A DNA stretch of 60,541 nt, counting the filler. It is 4 parts of 4 records of this genome, joined end to end, with 100 filler letters (N's around TTAATTAATTAA, not from the genome) between each part and the next. Parts side by side here need not be neighbours in the genome. Positions count along the whole stretch, not along the records: positions 1 to 28,798 come from SRR22947727_1692; 3 more parts are not named here. One strand, written 5' to 3'. The notes below the pieces were generated by a model. That model saw nothing but the letters and a program-made list of their open reading frames with translations, ran no database searches and was not told where the DNA came from. Positions 1 through 11,333 of the stretch are shown here, in pieces (within the stretch, counting starts at the first letter, position 1; every line of letters starts with the position of its first letter). A program made the position numbers and the translations under genes.

Positions 1-585
1 CCAGAAATGCGGCGGCGTCCACATAAAGATGATCGCAAACAGCAGCAAAGGCTCGATTGACAAGCTGCCGGTAACTGCGGCCCAGCCGATGACTGGCGGC
101 AAGGCACCAGCGGCCCCACCAATAACAATATTTTGCGGCGTGCTACGCTTTAACCAGACGGTGTAAACAACAGCATAAAAGAAAATGGTAAAGGCAAGCA
201 AACCTGCGGCAAGCCAGTTGGCCGCAAGACCAAGAAGCAGAACCGAAAGCGCCGAAATTACCAAGCCCATTGTCAGGGCTTCAGCGGGTGCCATAACACC
301 AGCAGGGATCGGGCGCGTTTTGGTGCGGGTCATGACCGCGTCAATATCGCGGTCATACCATTGATTGATTGCTCCCGAGGCACCAGCCCCCGCAGCAATG
401 GCAAAAAGCGAGATCACAAACACCAACGGATGCATAGCCCCAGGCGCAACATACATGCCAGCAAAGCCGGTAAAAACAACCAAACTCATGACCCGTGGTT
501 TCAGCAGCGACCAAAAATCGGCAACCGACGGCTCAAACAAGCCGTCGGTGTCGCTGATCAAATGCTGATTTGATGTAACTGCCAT
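1..585 (-). CDS. ctaB: Protoheme IX farnesyltransferase (heme O synthase), 3' part outside the window
   Basis: Not in the ORF track. Manual translation from ATG at 585 gives [40 protein letters not shown]..., with the LLKPRVM and [15 protein letters not shown] motifs. It lies directly downstream of ctaD. Confidence 0.93.
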   Translation of the reverse strand, partial: MAVTSNQHLISDTDGLFEPSVADFWSLLKPRVMSLVVFTGFAGMYVAPGAMHPLVFVISLFAIAAGAGASGAINQWYDRDIDAVMTRTKTRPIPAGVMAPAEALTMGLVISALSVLLLGLAANWLAAGLLAFTIFFYAVVYTVWLKRSTPQNIVIGGAAGALPPVIGWAAVTGSLSIEPLLLFAIIFMWTPPHFW

Positions 586-620
586 CAAAATGCCTTTCAA
601 ATGCGGGCTATTGCCCTGCC

Positions 621-2225
<1,605 letters not shown>

Positions 2226-3119
2226 TTATTTGGCTGACGCCAAAGTAACTTCTGGTTGCACGGGAACGATGTCGTTCGATGCAAATTCTTCTTTCGCCTG
2301 AGCCAGCCAAGCCGCGTATTCAGCTTTTGGCAATGCTTTGACCTCGATTGGCATGTAGGCGTGATTTACGCCGCAAATCTGGTTGCACTGGCCATAGTAG
2401 GTCTGACCGCCAACAGGCACGTCAATCCATGCCTCATTGGTGCGGCCGATAAAGGCATAAATCTGCACGGCAAGTGATGGCACAAAGAATGAATGCATCA
2501 CGTCATTACCGGTGATCAGCAATTTAATGCGCGTGCCTTCAGGCACAACCATTGGGTAATCCACGGTCAACAAACGTGGTTGGCCCGGCTTTAGGTCGGC
2601 CTCATCAACCATATAGCTGTCAAAGCTGATGCCTTCATCAGGGTAGGTGTAGTTCCAATACCACTGATTGCCGGTAACCTTGATCACCATGTCGGTTTCG
2701 TTGGTGCGATCCATGAAATACAGAAGACGGAATGACGGAACCGCAATGCCAACAAGAATCAGCACCGGAATAACCGTCCACAAAATTTCGATCACTGTAT
2801 GATGCGATGTCTTTGACGGATGCGGGTTGCGGCTTGCACGGAACCGGACACCAACATAAATCAGCAATCCAAGAACGAAAAGCGAGATCAGCGTAATCAC
2901 AACCAACAGCAAATTATGCAGATCGGTTGCCATTTCGGCCAGTGATCCGGCTGGCGGTTGTAGATCCATCTGCCACGGCACAGGCGCAGCGGCGTGGGCT
3001 GCCCCTGTTGCGGTCAGCGCCAGAACAACACTACCAAACAAAACACCGGCGAGGTTGGCTGCCTTGCGTCCCGAAAGAAACTGCGCGAAATGCGCATTGA
3101 ATTTGGCCAAGATTGGCAT
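2226..3119 (-). CDS. ctaC: Cytochrome c oxidase subunit II
   Basis: Two TM helices, QWYW, and CuA ligands DVMH and CxxxCGxxHxxM. Start set at ATG 3119, downstream of a GGAGAGGA RBS. Confidence 0.98.
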   Translation of the reverse strand: MPILAKFNAHFAQFLSGRKAANLAGVLFGSVVLALTATGAAHAAAPVPWQMDLQPPAGSLAEMATDLHNLLLVVITLISLFVLGLLIYVGVRFRASRNPHPSKTSHHTVIEILWTVIPVLILVGIAVPSFRLLYFMDRTNETDMVIKVTGNQWYWNYTYPDEGISFDSYMVDEADLKPGQPRLLTVDYPMVVPEGTRIKLLITGNDVMHSFFVPSLAVQIYAFIGRTNEAWIDVPVGGQTYYGQCNQICGVNHAYMPIEVKALPKAEYAAWLAQAKEEFASNDIVPVQPEVTLASAK

Positions 3120-3436
3120 GGATTCCTCTCCCAAAATTCGTCATCTGCCGTTCAAAATAATCTCTTTAGGTGGCATAGGCGACAGACCATCCCACTAAAC
3201 CGAATTTGTTTAGACTGTTTGGGCTGAATAGAAAAGCCCCATGCGGCAGCCTGTCGCTATATTTTTTACTTTTTTCTTTTTTTTGGATGGAAAATCCGGC
3301 TTGTCGTCGATCGCCCCTCAAAAGAGCGCGGCCACAAGCCTTGAATTTCATGGCAAACACGCCCATCATCATGAGGTCGTCAGATTAGATACATGTGGCG
3401 CATTTTTAATTTTAACCTGTCTTGTCAGGATGGATC

Positions 3437-4876
3437 ATGGATCTGCTTCAGCAAACCGACGAACTTTTTTTCACCCGTACCAATCTCGATCTCGAGCGCA
3501 CCAGCAAAATCGTGCGTGACGCGCTTGCTGGCGGCGATGATGGTGAATTGTTTCTTGAAATGCGCCATGCCGAAATGCTGGCCTTTGATGATGGTCGTTT
3601 AAAAACAGCAAGTTATGACCAATCAAGCGGGTTTGGCCTTCGCGCAGTCGCTGGCGAGGCGCATGGTTATGCCCACGCTGGTGAACTATCCGAAGCGGCG
3701 TTGCAACGCGCTGCCAACAGCGTGTCGGCAGTAACCAAGGGCTATAGCGGCAATGCCGCATTGGCACCGAGCGCCGGCGCGAACAGCCCACTTTATTCGG
3801 ATCAAAATCCATTAAACGCCACCTCATTCGATACTAAAATCAAATTGTTGCAGGAAATGGATGCCTATGCTCGCGATTCGGATTCGCGGGTGAAACAGGT
3901 TAGCGCCAGCCTGACCGGATCATGGCAGGCGGTGCAGATCATGCGTGCCGATGGTATCCGCGTTGCCGATATCCGGCCTTTGGTGCGAATCAATATCTGG
4001 GTTGCTGTTGAACAGAATGGACGTATGGAATCGGGCGGTGCTGGAGCTGGCGGCCGGGTGATGCTTGATCAGTGGCTTAGCCCGGAAAGCTGGCAGTCAC
4101 AGGTCGATGAGGCGCTGCGGATTGCCATTTTGAATTTGCAATCAGTGCCAACACCCGCTGGCGAAATGGAAGTCGTTCTTGGTGCTGGCTGGCCCGGTGT
4201 CATGCTCCATGAGGCAGTTGGTCATGGGCTTGAAGGTGATTTCAACCGGAAAGGCACATCCGTGTTTAGTGGCCGTGTTGGCCAGCAAGTGGCGGCCAAA
4301 GGCGTTACCGTCATTGACGATGGCACGATTGCCGATCGCCGCGGCTCGATTACGGTTGATGATGAAGGCACACCAAGCCGCCGGAATGTCTTGATCGAAG
4401 ATGGCATTTTGAAAGGCTATATGCAGGATCGGCAGAATGCGCGGTTAATGGGCGTTGACGCCACCGGCAATGGACGGCGCGAATCCTATGCCCATGCCCC
4501 AATGCCACGCATGACCAATACCTATATGGAAAATGGCGATGCCGACCCGCAAGAGATTGTTGCCTCGATGAAAAAAGGCATTTATGCGGTGAATTTTGGT
4601 GGCGGTCAGGTGGATATCACATCTGGCAAATTCGTCTTTTCGGCGGCCGAAGCCTATCTTGTTGAAAATGGCAAGATTGGCGCGCCGGTAAAAGGCGCAA
4701 CGCTGATTGGCAATGGCCCTGACGCCATGTCGAAAATCACCATGATTGGCAATGATACCAAGCTTGATAGCGGTATTGGCACCTGCGGCAAGGCTGGACA
4801 AAGCGTTCCGGTTGGCGTCGGCCAGCCGACCGTCAAAATGGGCGGGGTCACGGTTGGCGGCACCGAAGCGGCCTAG
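3437..4876 (+). CDS. tldD: Metalloprotease TldD
   Basis: HEAVGHGLEGDFNRKG metal motif and C-terminal CGKxGQxVPVGVGQP. Divergent from ctaC, as is typical in Alphaproteobacteria. Confidence 0.97.
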   Translation: MDLLQQTDELFFTRTNLDLERTSKIVRDALAGGDDGELFLEMRHAEMLAFDDGRLKTASYDQSSGFGLRAVAGEAHGYAHAGELSEAALQRAANSVSAVTKGYSGNAALAPSAGANSPLYSDQNPLNATSFDTKIKLLQEMDAYARDSDSRVKQVSASLTGSWQAVQIMRADGIRVADIRPLVRINIWVAVEQNGRMESGGAGAGGRVMLDQWLSPESWQSQVDEALRIAILNLQSVPTPAGEMEVVLGAGWPGVMLHEAVGHGLEGDFNRKGTSVFSGRVGQQVAAKGVTVIDDGTIADRRGSITVDDEGTPSRRNVLIEDGILKGYMQDRQNARLMGVDATGNGRRESYAHAPMPRMTNTYMENGDADPQEIVASMKKGIYAVNFGGGQVDITSGKFVFSAAEAYLVENGKIGAPVKGATLIGNGPDAMSKITMIGNDTKLDSGIGTCGKAGQSVPVGVGQPTVKMGGVTVGGTEAA

Positions 4877-4935
4877 CCATTAGCACGCAAGGCTTTCACG
4901 TTTCCTGAAGACCGTAACCTATCAACAAGCTTTGG

Positions 4936-6129
4936 CTAGGCGGCCTTTATGGTTGGACGTCGTTTCAGCACGATCACAACAATCAGCAAAATAAATGTGA
5001 TACAGGCACCAAAGCCAAAAGGATAATGCGATCCGCCAAGCTGGTATAAGGGGCCGGCCAGAACCAGTCCAGCCACCTGCCCAAGCGAGGCAAAGCCCTG
5101 AACCGTGCCAAGCGCACCGCCCATTGTTGTTTTGCCAGCCGCATTGCTTGCCGCTGCCGACAATGCCGGATTGCTAAAGCCAAAACCAAAACAAACAGCG
5201 GTTGTCGTTAAAACGATTTGTGCCAGCGGATAGGCATCACCAATCAAAAACCCGACCGACAATAACGCCGTGATGATCTGTCCAAATAACAGCAGGCTGG
5301 CACCAAACCCAACCGTGCCAACCTCGCCAAACCATTTTACCGCAATATTGATCATTCCGGCCTGCACCAGAACGATACAAACGCCGATATAGGTAAATAG
5401 CCAGCCAGTTTGCGTTGCACCAAAGCCAAGATAATCACGAAGCAGCAGAATATAGCTTGCCTCGACCTGCGCGAAGGACAGGTTCAAACAGAAAAAGGCC
5501 AGCGCATAAAGCGCAAGCTCGCTTCGCAAAACCATCATGATGCGGACGCCCAATGGCGCTGGCGGTGCTTTTTCAGCAGGTGCCCTTGCCGCGCTTTCAC
5601 GCAGCCGCATCGACAAAACCAAGGCGATGATGCCAAAACCGGCAGCCAGCAAAAACGGTGCCTGATGAAGCGGGCCATCACCAAGGCCACTAAACAAGCC
5701 GCCAAGCGCTGGTCCGGCCACGAATCCGGTTCCAATCGCCGCGCCAAAAAGCCCCATATAGCGCGCCCGATCCTTGGCCGCGACACGATCGGCAATCATC
5801 GCCTGAATCACGCCCGTATTGCCCGCCGCAAGACCCGCCAGAATCCGCGCGGCAAACATCTGCACAATATCGCTGGAAAAGGCAAACCAGATATGCGCCA
5901 ACACATTGACCCCAAGGCTGACAATCAGCACTGGCCGCCTGCCAATATAATCGGACAAACGACCAAGAAGCGGGTTTGATAAAAACATCGCAAAGGCGAA
6001 TGACGCCAGCAGCAGCGTCATCACCGTTGCCGATAGGCCAAGCGTTTCAATCACCGTATAGGGCAGTACCGGGATCAGCGCGCCAATGCCGACAAAATTT
6101 ATAAACACCACAAGCAGCAAGACAGGCAT
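4936..6129 (-). CDS. MFS transporter, TetA/DHA1-like efflux family
   Basis: About 12 hydrophobic segments, motif A GRLSDYIGRRP and antiporter motif GFVAGPALGG. Confidence 0.88.
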   Translation of the reverse strand: MPVLLLVVFINFVGIGALIPVLPYTVIETLGLSATVMTLLLASFAFAMFLSNPLLGRLSDYIGRRPVLIVSLGVNVLAHIWFAFSSDIVQMFAARILAGLAAGNTGVIQAMIADRVAAKDRARYMGLFGAAIGTGFVAGPALGGLFSGLGDGPLHQAPFLLAAGFGIIALVLSMRLRESAARAPAEKAPPAPLGVRIMMVLRSELALYALAFFCLNLSFAQVEASYILLLRDYLGFGATQTGWLFTYIGVCIVLVQAGMINIAVKWFGEVGTVGFGASLLLFGQIITALLSVGFLIGDAYPLAQIVLTTTAVCFGFGFSNPALSAAASNAAGKTTMGGALGTVQGFASLGQVAGLVLAGPLYQLGGSHYPFGFGACITFILLIVVIVLKRRPTIKAA

Positions 6130-6185
6130 AATTCAACAATCCTTATGGCGCGGCACAGCCAAATCTGGCGGCAATGCCAATGCTG

Positions 6186-7550
6186 TTAATATTGGTTTGA
6201 CGTGAAAACCTGATCAATATCTTCTGCCCAATCACTATGATAGAGATCGAGCATCACTTCGGCTGGTGTCTTTTGCGTTGCAATCACTTTGCGCAATGGC
6301 TGCAAGAACCCACTTTCATCATCACCGCCATCATCAAAAATTCGGCGATTACGAAGCCCCTTTGAGGCAATATCAATGGTCTTTTTGGCAAGGGTGGCAA
6401 CATCATGCGCCCCAAGCTTGCCCCGAAGCCCGTCTTTCGCCACCGATAGCCGCGCCGCCATAACATCATCAGCGTTGATATCACGAACAAGATCTTCGGC
6501 CTCATCCAGCGCCTCATCACAATATAACAGCCCAACCCAATAGGCCGGAAGCGCGCAAATATTGGCCCAAGACCCGCTATCAGCACCGCGCATTTCAAGA
6601 TATTGCTTTAACCGCACTTCGGGAAAGGCAGTGGTAATATGATCTTCAAAATCGGCCATTTGCGGCGGCTCGCCCTCAAAACCGGCAAGCGTTCCCGCCA
6701 GATAATCGCGGAAAGATTTTCCGGTAACATCAACATAATCTTCGCCGCGATGCAGAAAATACATCGGCACATCAAGAATATAATCAATCCATTGTTCATA
6801 GCCAAAATGCGGGTCAAAAACACATGCCGGCACGCCGCATCTTGCATTATCCGTATCGGTCCAAACATGCGCACGCCCCGATAACCAGCCAGACGGCTTG
6901 CCATCTTTAAAAGGCGAATTGGCAAAAAGGGCTGTTGCGATTGGTTGCAGGGCAAGCGATGTGCGGAATTTCCGCCGCATGTCGGCTTCGTCAGCATAAT
7001 CAAGATTTACCTGAACTGTACAAGAGCGCAGCATCATATCAAGCCCCATTGTGCCGACCTTTGGCATATGGTTTCGCATGATCCGATAGCGGCCTTTTGG
7101 CATCCATGAAATATCGTCACGGCGCCATTTTGGCTGAAAGCCAATACCAAGCATCCCGACCCCAAGCGCCGATGACACTGCCCGCATATGGCGCAAATGG
7201 CGGCCGGTTTCGGCACAGGTCTGGTGCAGGTTCAACAAAGGCGCACCCGATAATTCCAATTGCCCACCAGGTTCAAGCGATACCGACCCGCCATCACCAT
7301 CTTTCAGGCCAATGATTTTGCCTTTTTCAATGATCGGTGTTGCCTTGTCGCCAATCACCTTGCAAAGCGCATGGAGCATTGCCTCAACGCCGCTATCGCC
7401 GTCATAGGCAACAGGCCGCAAACCATCACGATGAAACAGAAATTTTTCATGTTCGGTTCCAATGCGCCAATCAACAGCCGGTTTTTCACCTTTGGCTAGC
7501 CATTCCACAAGCTGTCCGACATCTTTAATGATCGTGCTATGATTACCCAT
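6186..7550 (-). CDS. gshA: Glutamate-cysteine ligase (alphaproteobacterial/plant type)
   Basis: WRIGTEHEKF, SLEPGGQLELSG, MPKGRY, TVQVNLD and FPEVRLKQYLEMRGAD motifs. Confidence 0.96.
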   Translation of the reverse strand: MGNHSTIIKDVGQLVEWLAKGEKPAVDWRIGTEHEKFLFHRDGLRPVAYDGDSGVEAMLHALCKVIGDKATPIIEKGKIIGLKDGDGGSVSLEPGGQLELSGAPLLNLHQTCAETGRHLRHMRAVSSALGVGMLGIGFQPKWRRDDISWMPKGRYRIMRNHMPKVGTMGLDMMLRSCTVQVNLDYADEADMRRKFRTSLALQPIATALFANSPFKDGKPSGWLSGRAHVWTDTDNARCGVPACVFDPHFGYEQWIDYILDVPMYFLHRGEDYVDVTGKSFRDYLAGTLAGFEGEPPQMADFEDHITTAFPEVRLKQYLEMRGADSGSWANICALPAYWVGLLYCDEALDEAEDLVRDINADDVMAARLSVAKDGLRGKLGAHDVATLAKKTIDIASKGLRNRRIFDDGGDDESGFLQPLRKVIATQKTPAEVMLDLYHSDWAEDIDQVFTSNQY

Positions 7551-7620
7551 GCGGTTTGCCCTTTGCATTCAGGCCAGAGTGACACAAATCACCCAAGCCG
7601 GTTTCAGCCAGATTAAATGG

Positions 7621-8394
7621 CTAGCTTTGCCAATCTCCGCAAATTGACTGGTAACAGGAAAGTGCCGAAATGGCGGCGGTATCAGCGCGCAATATGCGCG
7701 GCCCTAGGGAAATTTTCAAACAATTAATTCTTGTCTGCAAATAGTGTCTCTCGGCCGGTGAAAACCCGCCTTCTGGCCCGATTAAAATAGCCGCCTTGTC
7801 ATGCGGTGGCGCGGCGGCAAGCGCGGTGGTGATATTCAAGGCTGGATGCCCGGCACTCGCCTCATCACACCAAATCAAAAGACGATCATCGTCACAGGCG
7901 GCAAGAACGTCATGTAATGGATCAAAAGATCTGATTTCGGCAATATCCAGACGTTCAGTCTGTTCGGCAGCTTCAATCGCATTCGCCGCCAGCCGGTCAT
8001 CATTGACCCGGCTAATTTGGCAATAATCGGTTTTGACCGGCCAGATCACCCGCACGCCCAATTCGCTGGCTTTTTGTGCAATGAAATCAAGGCGGGCTTT
8101 TTTCACCGGCGCGAATAGCAACCATAAATCACGGCAATATATCTGCTGGCGACGCTGATCGGCGATGGTGATCGAACATTGTTTTTTCGCCATTGCAGAA
8201 ATTGACGCGTTAAACTCGCCATCAACACCATTAAAAACACCAATCGCCGCGCCAAGATTCAAACGAAGCACATGAAGCAAATAATGCATCTGATCGGATG
8301 GCAGCGCGATAACGGCACCTGCGGCAAGCGGCACGTCAATATAAAGACGCGCTTTGATATCTGTTTGTTCCATCTCTTGATATGTACTGTTCAT
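7621..8394 (-). CDS. rsmE: 16S rRNA m3U1498 methyltransferase
   Basis: HYLLHVLRL, EAAEQ and the SPOUT motif IGPEGGFS...LGPRILRADTA. Confidence 0.96.
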   Translation of the reverse strand: MNSTYQEMEQTDIKARLYIDVPLAAGAVIALPSDQMHYLLHVLRLNLGAAIGVFNGVDGEFNASISAMAKKQCSITIADQRRQQIYCRDLWLLFAPVKKARLDFIAQKASELGVRVIWPVKTDYCQISRVNDDRLAANAIEAAEQTERLDIAEIRSFDPLHDVLAACDDDRLLIWCDEASAGHPALNITTALAAAPPHDKAAILIGPEGGFSPAERHYLQTRINCLKISLGPRILRADTAAISALSCYQSICGDWQS

Positions 8395-8456
8395 TATGAA
8401 ACCTGACAAGCAGTCTTGGTATGAAACATTTTTGCTTTTTACCGCTTTTTTCGCTA

Positions 8457-9401
8457 ATGACTAACCGCATGACTATTGGCACCCCTTCACCCCATACGGA
8501 TATCCAGTCGCGCGGCTGGTGGCATTGGCTACCCGCTTCATGGCATCCCTTCATTTATCTGGCACGACTTGACCGGCCAATTGGCTGGTGGTTGCTTTTG
8601 CTTCCGGGCTGGTGGTCGATTGCGCTTGGTGCACCAAGCCTTGGTGCGATGGTTTGGATCATGATGCTGTTTCTGGTTGGTGCCATTGCCACGCGCGCTG
8701 CGGGATGCATCATTAATGACATGTGGGATCGCCGGCTTGACCAGCGCGTTGCCCGCACCAGCGCGCGGCCACTTGCCGCTGGCACCATCTCGATGCTGCA
8801 GGCAGGCCTGTTCTTGTTAATGCTTGGGCTGATTGGCCTGTTTATCCTGTTTCAACTGCCGGTTCTGGCGATTTATGTTGGCCTTGCCGCAGCGCCTCTT
8901 GTGGTTTTGTATCCGCTTGCCAAGCGTGTGACTTGGTTTCCGCAATTTGTGCTTGGACTCACATTCTCATGGGGGGTATTTCTTGGCTGGGTTGCCGTGA
9001 CTGGCACCCTTCCCGATCAATCAATCATGCTGATTTATGCAGGCTGTGCCGCATGGGTTTTCGGCTATGACACGATTTACGCCATTCAAGACATGCAAGA
9101 AGACCGCATTGTCGGGGTCAAATCATCCGCCCTTGCCTTTGCCCATAATATCAAAGCTGGGGTCGCAAGCGCCTATTGTCTGGCAATCAGTTTGATTGCG
9201 ACTGGGTTACTGGGATTTGATCATCAACCGTTTGTCGCCGCCTGGTTTGGCCTTGCTGGCATGGCTGTTCATCTTGGCCATCAAATTTGGCGGCTTCAAA
9301 GTGATGATGCCGTTTTGGCGCTGGCACTTTTCAAATCAAATCGCAATGCCGGTCTTTTGCTTGTCGCCGGATTGGTGCTTGATCGGCTGCTTGCCATCTA
9401 A
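8457..9401 (+). CDS. ubiA: 4-hydroxybenzoate polyprenyltransferase
   Basis: ARLDRPIGWWLLL, INDMWDRRLD and YDTIYAIQD Asp-rich motifs. Exact start uncertain. Confidence 0.95.
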   Translation: MTNRMTIGTPSPHTDIQSRGWWHWLPASWHPFIYLARLDRPIGWWLLLLPGWWSIALGAPSLGAMVWIMMLFLVGAIATRAAGCIINDMWDRRLDQRVARTSARPLAAGTISMLQAGLFLLMLGLIGLFILFQLPVLAIYVGLAAAPLVVLYPLAKRVTWFPQFVLGLTFSWGVFLGWVAVTGTLPDQSIMLIYAGCAAWVFGYDTIYAIQDMQEDRIVGVKSSALAFAHNIKAGVASAYCLAISLIATGLLGFDHQPFVAAWFGLAGMAVHLGHQIWRLQSDDAVLALALFKSNRNAGLLLVAGLVLDRLLAI

Positions 9402-9419
9402 CCAAGCTTGTACAGGCTG

Positions 9420-10289
9420 TCATAAATAGGCGTCAATGCCGTCAATCTGAACCACCTGCAATTGCCATGGCGGATTTTGCGGCTGGATGGCAAAGGGGCG
9501 CAACCGGTCAATAATCGCATCACGCGCCGCTTTATCAGCCTGCATTTCGGCGATGAATTGCGGCATTGTCCGATCGTCATCAACCTTGGCAAGCTGGCGT
9601 AATTTGGTGGCTGCCTGATCTTGGGTCAGCGTTGCAAATTGCCGCCCCTCGACCGGAATCGCCGCCAGACCGGCAGGCATGCCATCACCACAATCCAGAA
9701 CACCAGCGCGCGCCGCATAGCCGAATACCGGCGCAATTGGCAATTTGAATTGATGTTCGACGGTTTGCATTTCAACAAAATCATAGGCAACACCAATGCC
9801 TTCGGTTCGGTGCATCTGGATCAATTGATCATCATCAAGCCATGCAACATTCAGCTGCACAATGGTGCCTGATGATGGAAAAGCCGTACAAGGCACCGCT
9901 GCGTAATAGCCCAAAATCGCCGCATGGACGATATCACAATCATGCAATCTTGCTGGCGTTACCGGCACTGTGGCATTCATGCCAAATTTCCGCAGCAATT
10001 GCACCGGCGCCCGATTGGACCCAACCGATAAAACCGCCGTCCGGCCAGCCAGAATCCCATCTTTATGATCATGGCTTAGAAACGATTCATCAAGAAAAAA
10101 CAAATCGCCATTTGATAGAACAAAGCCGCCCGATGGGGCGTGATAGGGATATTTGCGGGCGCGATCAATTTCGCTGATTGGCGTAAGATAGGAAGCAGAG
10201 TCGGCAATTTTCACAAGATCATCGCCACCATGAAACCGCATCTTGATTCGCCCTACCCTAAAATAATGAAACGCTGGCCATTCAAACAA
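9420..10289 (-). CDS. Conserved hypothetical protein, possibly gamma-glutamylcyclotransferase-like fold
   Basis: 289-aa ORF filling the gap between ubiA and argC. VGSN and MHRTEG..Y motifs resemble GGCT-fold signatures. The true start may lie further downstream. Confidence 0.7.
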   Translation of the reverse strand: MFEWPAFHYFRVGRIKMRFHGGDDLVKIADSASYLTPISEIDRARKYPYHAPSGGFVLSNGDLFFLDESFLSHDHKDGILAGRTAVLSVGSNRAPVQLLRKFGMNATVPVTPARLHDCDIVHAAILGYYAAVPCTAFPSSGTIVQLNVAWLDDDQLIQMHRTEGIGVAYDFVEMQTVEHQFKLPIAPVFGYAARAGVLDCGDGMPAGLAAIPVEGRQFATLTQDQAATKLRQLAKVDDDRTMPQFIAEMQADKAARDAIIDRLRPFAIQPQNPPWQLQVVQIDGIDAYL

Positions 10290-10316
10290 CAGCTTGGCCT
10301 GACCGGCCGCGACTGG

Positions 10317-11258
10317 TTAGCTGAGCCCGAAATGATCATCAAGGCCAAGGGCAATATTCATGTTCTGCACCGCAGCACCAGACGCGCCTTTGCCAAGATT
10401 ATCCAGCCGTGCGGTTAACCAGAAACGCTGTTCAGTGGCATCACTAAACACGAATAATTCCATATCATTGCGCCCAGCAAGCGCATCGGCAGCAAGCATT
10501 GGCGGCACATCGGCATGATTGGCAGACGCCGCCCCCATACGCACCAAAGCCGATCCATCATACCAATCGGCAAGACAATCATAGATCATTGCCGCGGTGG
10601 CAGATCCTTCAATTTGATCGGCATGAAGCGGCAAATGAACAAGCATACCAGCATAGAAATCGCCAACCGACGGCATGAAAATAGGCGGCGTTTTCAAGCC
10701 GGAATAAAGTGTCATTTCGCCAAGATGCTTATGCTGTAAATTCGTGCAATAACTAAAGGCGGGATGAAGATCACCGGCATCATGCTTTGCGATCATCGCC
10801 TTACCGCCACCACTATAGCCGCTGACCGCTGGCACACAGAAAAGTGCCGTATCAGCCAATAGACCGCTGGCAATCAATGGTCGCGCCAAGCCCAGAAAGC
10901 CGGTTGGATAACAACCCGGATTGGTGATCAATTTCCCATTGGCAATGGCGTCACGTTGACCGGGCTGTAATTCGGCAAATCCGTAAACCCAATCAGGGTC
11001 GATCCGGTGCGCCGAAGATGCGTCAATCAGCCGTGTTTGTGATGCTTGCGCCAACATGACCGCCTCAATAGCGGCCTCGTCGGGAAGGCACAGAATGGTC
11101 AGATCACTTGCCGCCATCATGTCGGCGCGCGCAATAGCATTTTTGCGTTCGGCTTCATCAACCCGCAAAATTTGGACATGCGGATGCGCTTGCAGACGTT
11201 CTGCGACTTTCAGGCCGGTTGTCCCCGCTTCACCATCAATAAAGACTTTAAATTCCAT
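10317..11258 (-). CDS. argC: N-acetyl-gamma-glutamyl-phosphate reductase (type 2)
   Basis: VFIDGEAGTTGL, NPGCYPTG, SGYSGGGK and DNLGKGASGAAVQN motifs. Confidence 0.97.
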   Translation of the reverse strand: MEFKVFIDGEAGTTGLKVAERLQAHPHVQILRVDEAERKNAIARADMMAASDLTILCLPDEAAIEAVMLAQASQTRLIDASSAHRIDPDWVYGFAELQPGQRDAIANGKLITNPGCYPTGFLGLARPLIASGLLADTALFCVPAVSGYSGGGKAMIAKHDAGDLHPAFSYCTNLQHKHLGEMTLYSGLKTPPIFMPSVGDFYAGMLVHLPLHADQIEGSATAAMIYDCLADWYDGSALVRMGAASANHADVPPMLAADALAGRNDMELFVFSDATEQRFWLTARLDNLGKGASGAAVQNMNIALGLDDHFGLS

Positions 11259-11333
11259 GACGCATTCATAAACCTAATCAAGCAGGACGACAAGCGGTTG
11301 AATTATGTGATGGCGCAGGGTATCAGATAATAT

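Noticed and set aside
4936..6129. Tetracycline resistance determinant
   Set aside because: Family-level TetA/DHA1 similarity only, with no tetR and no mobile context; the substrate cannot be inferred.
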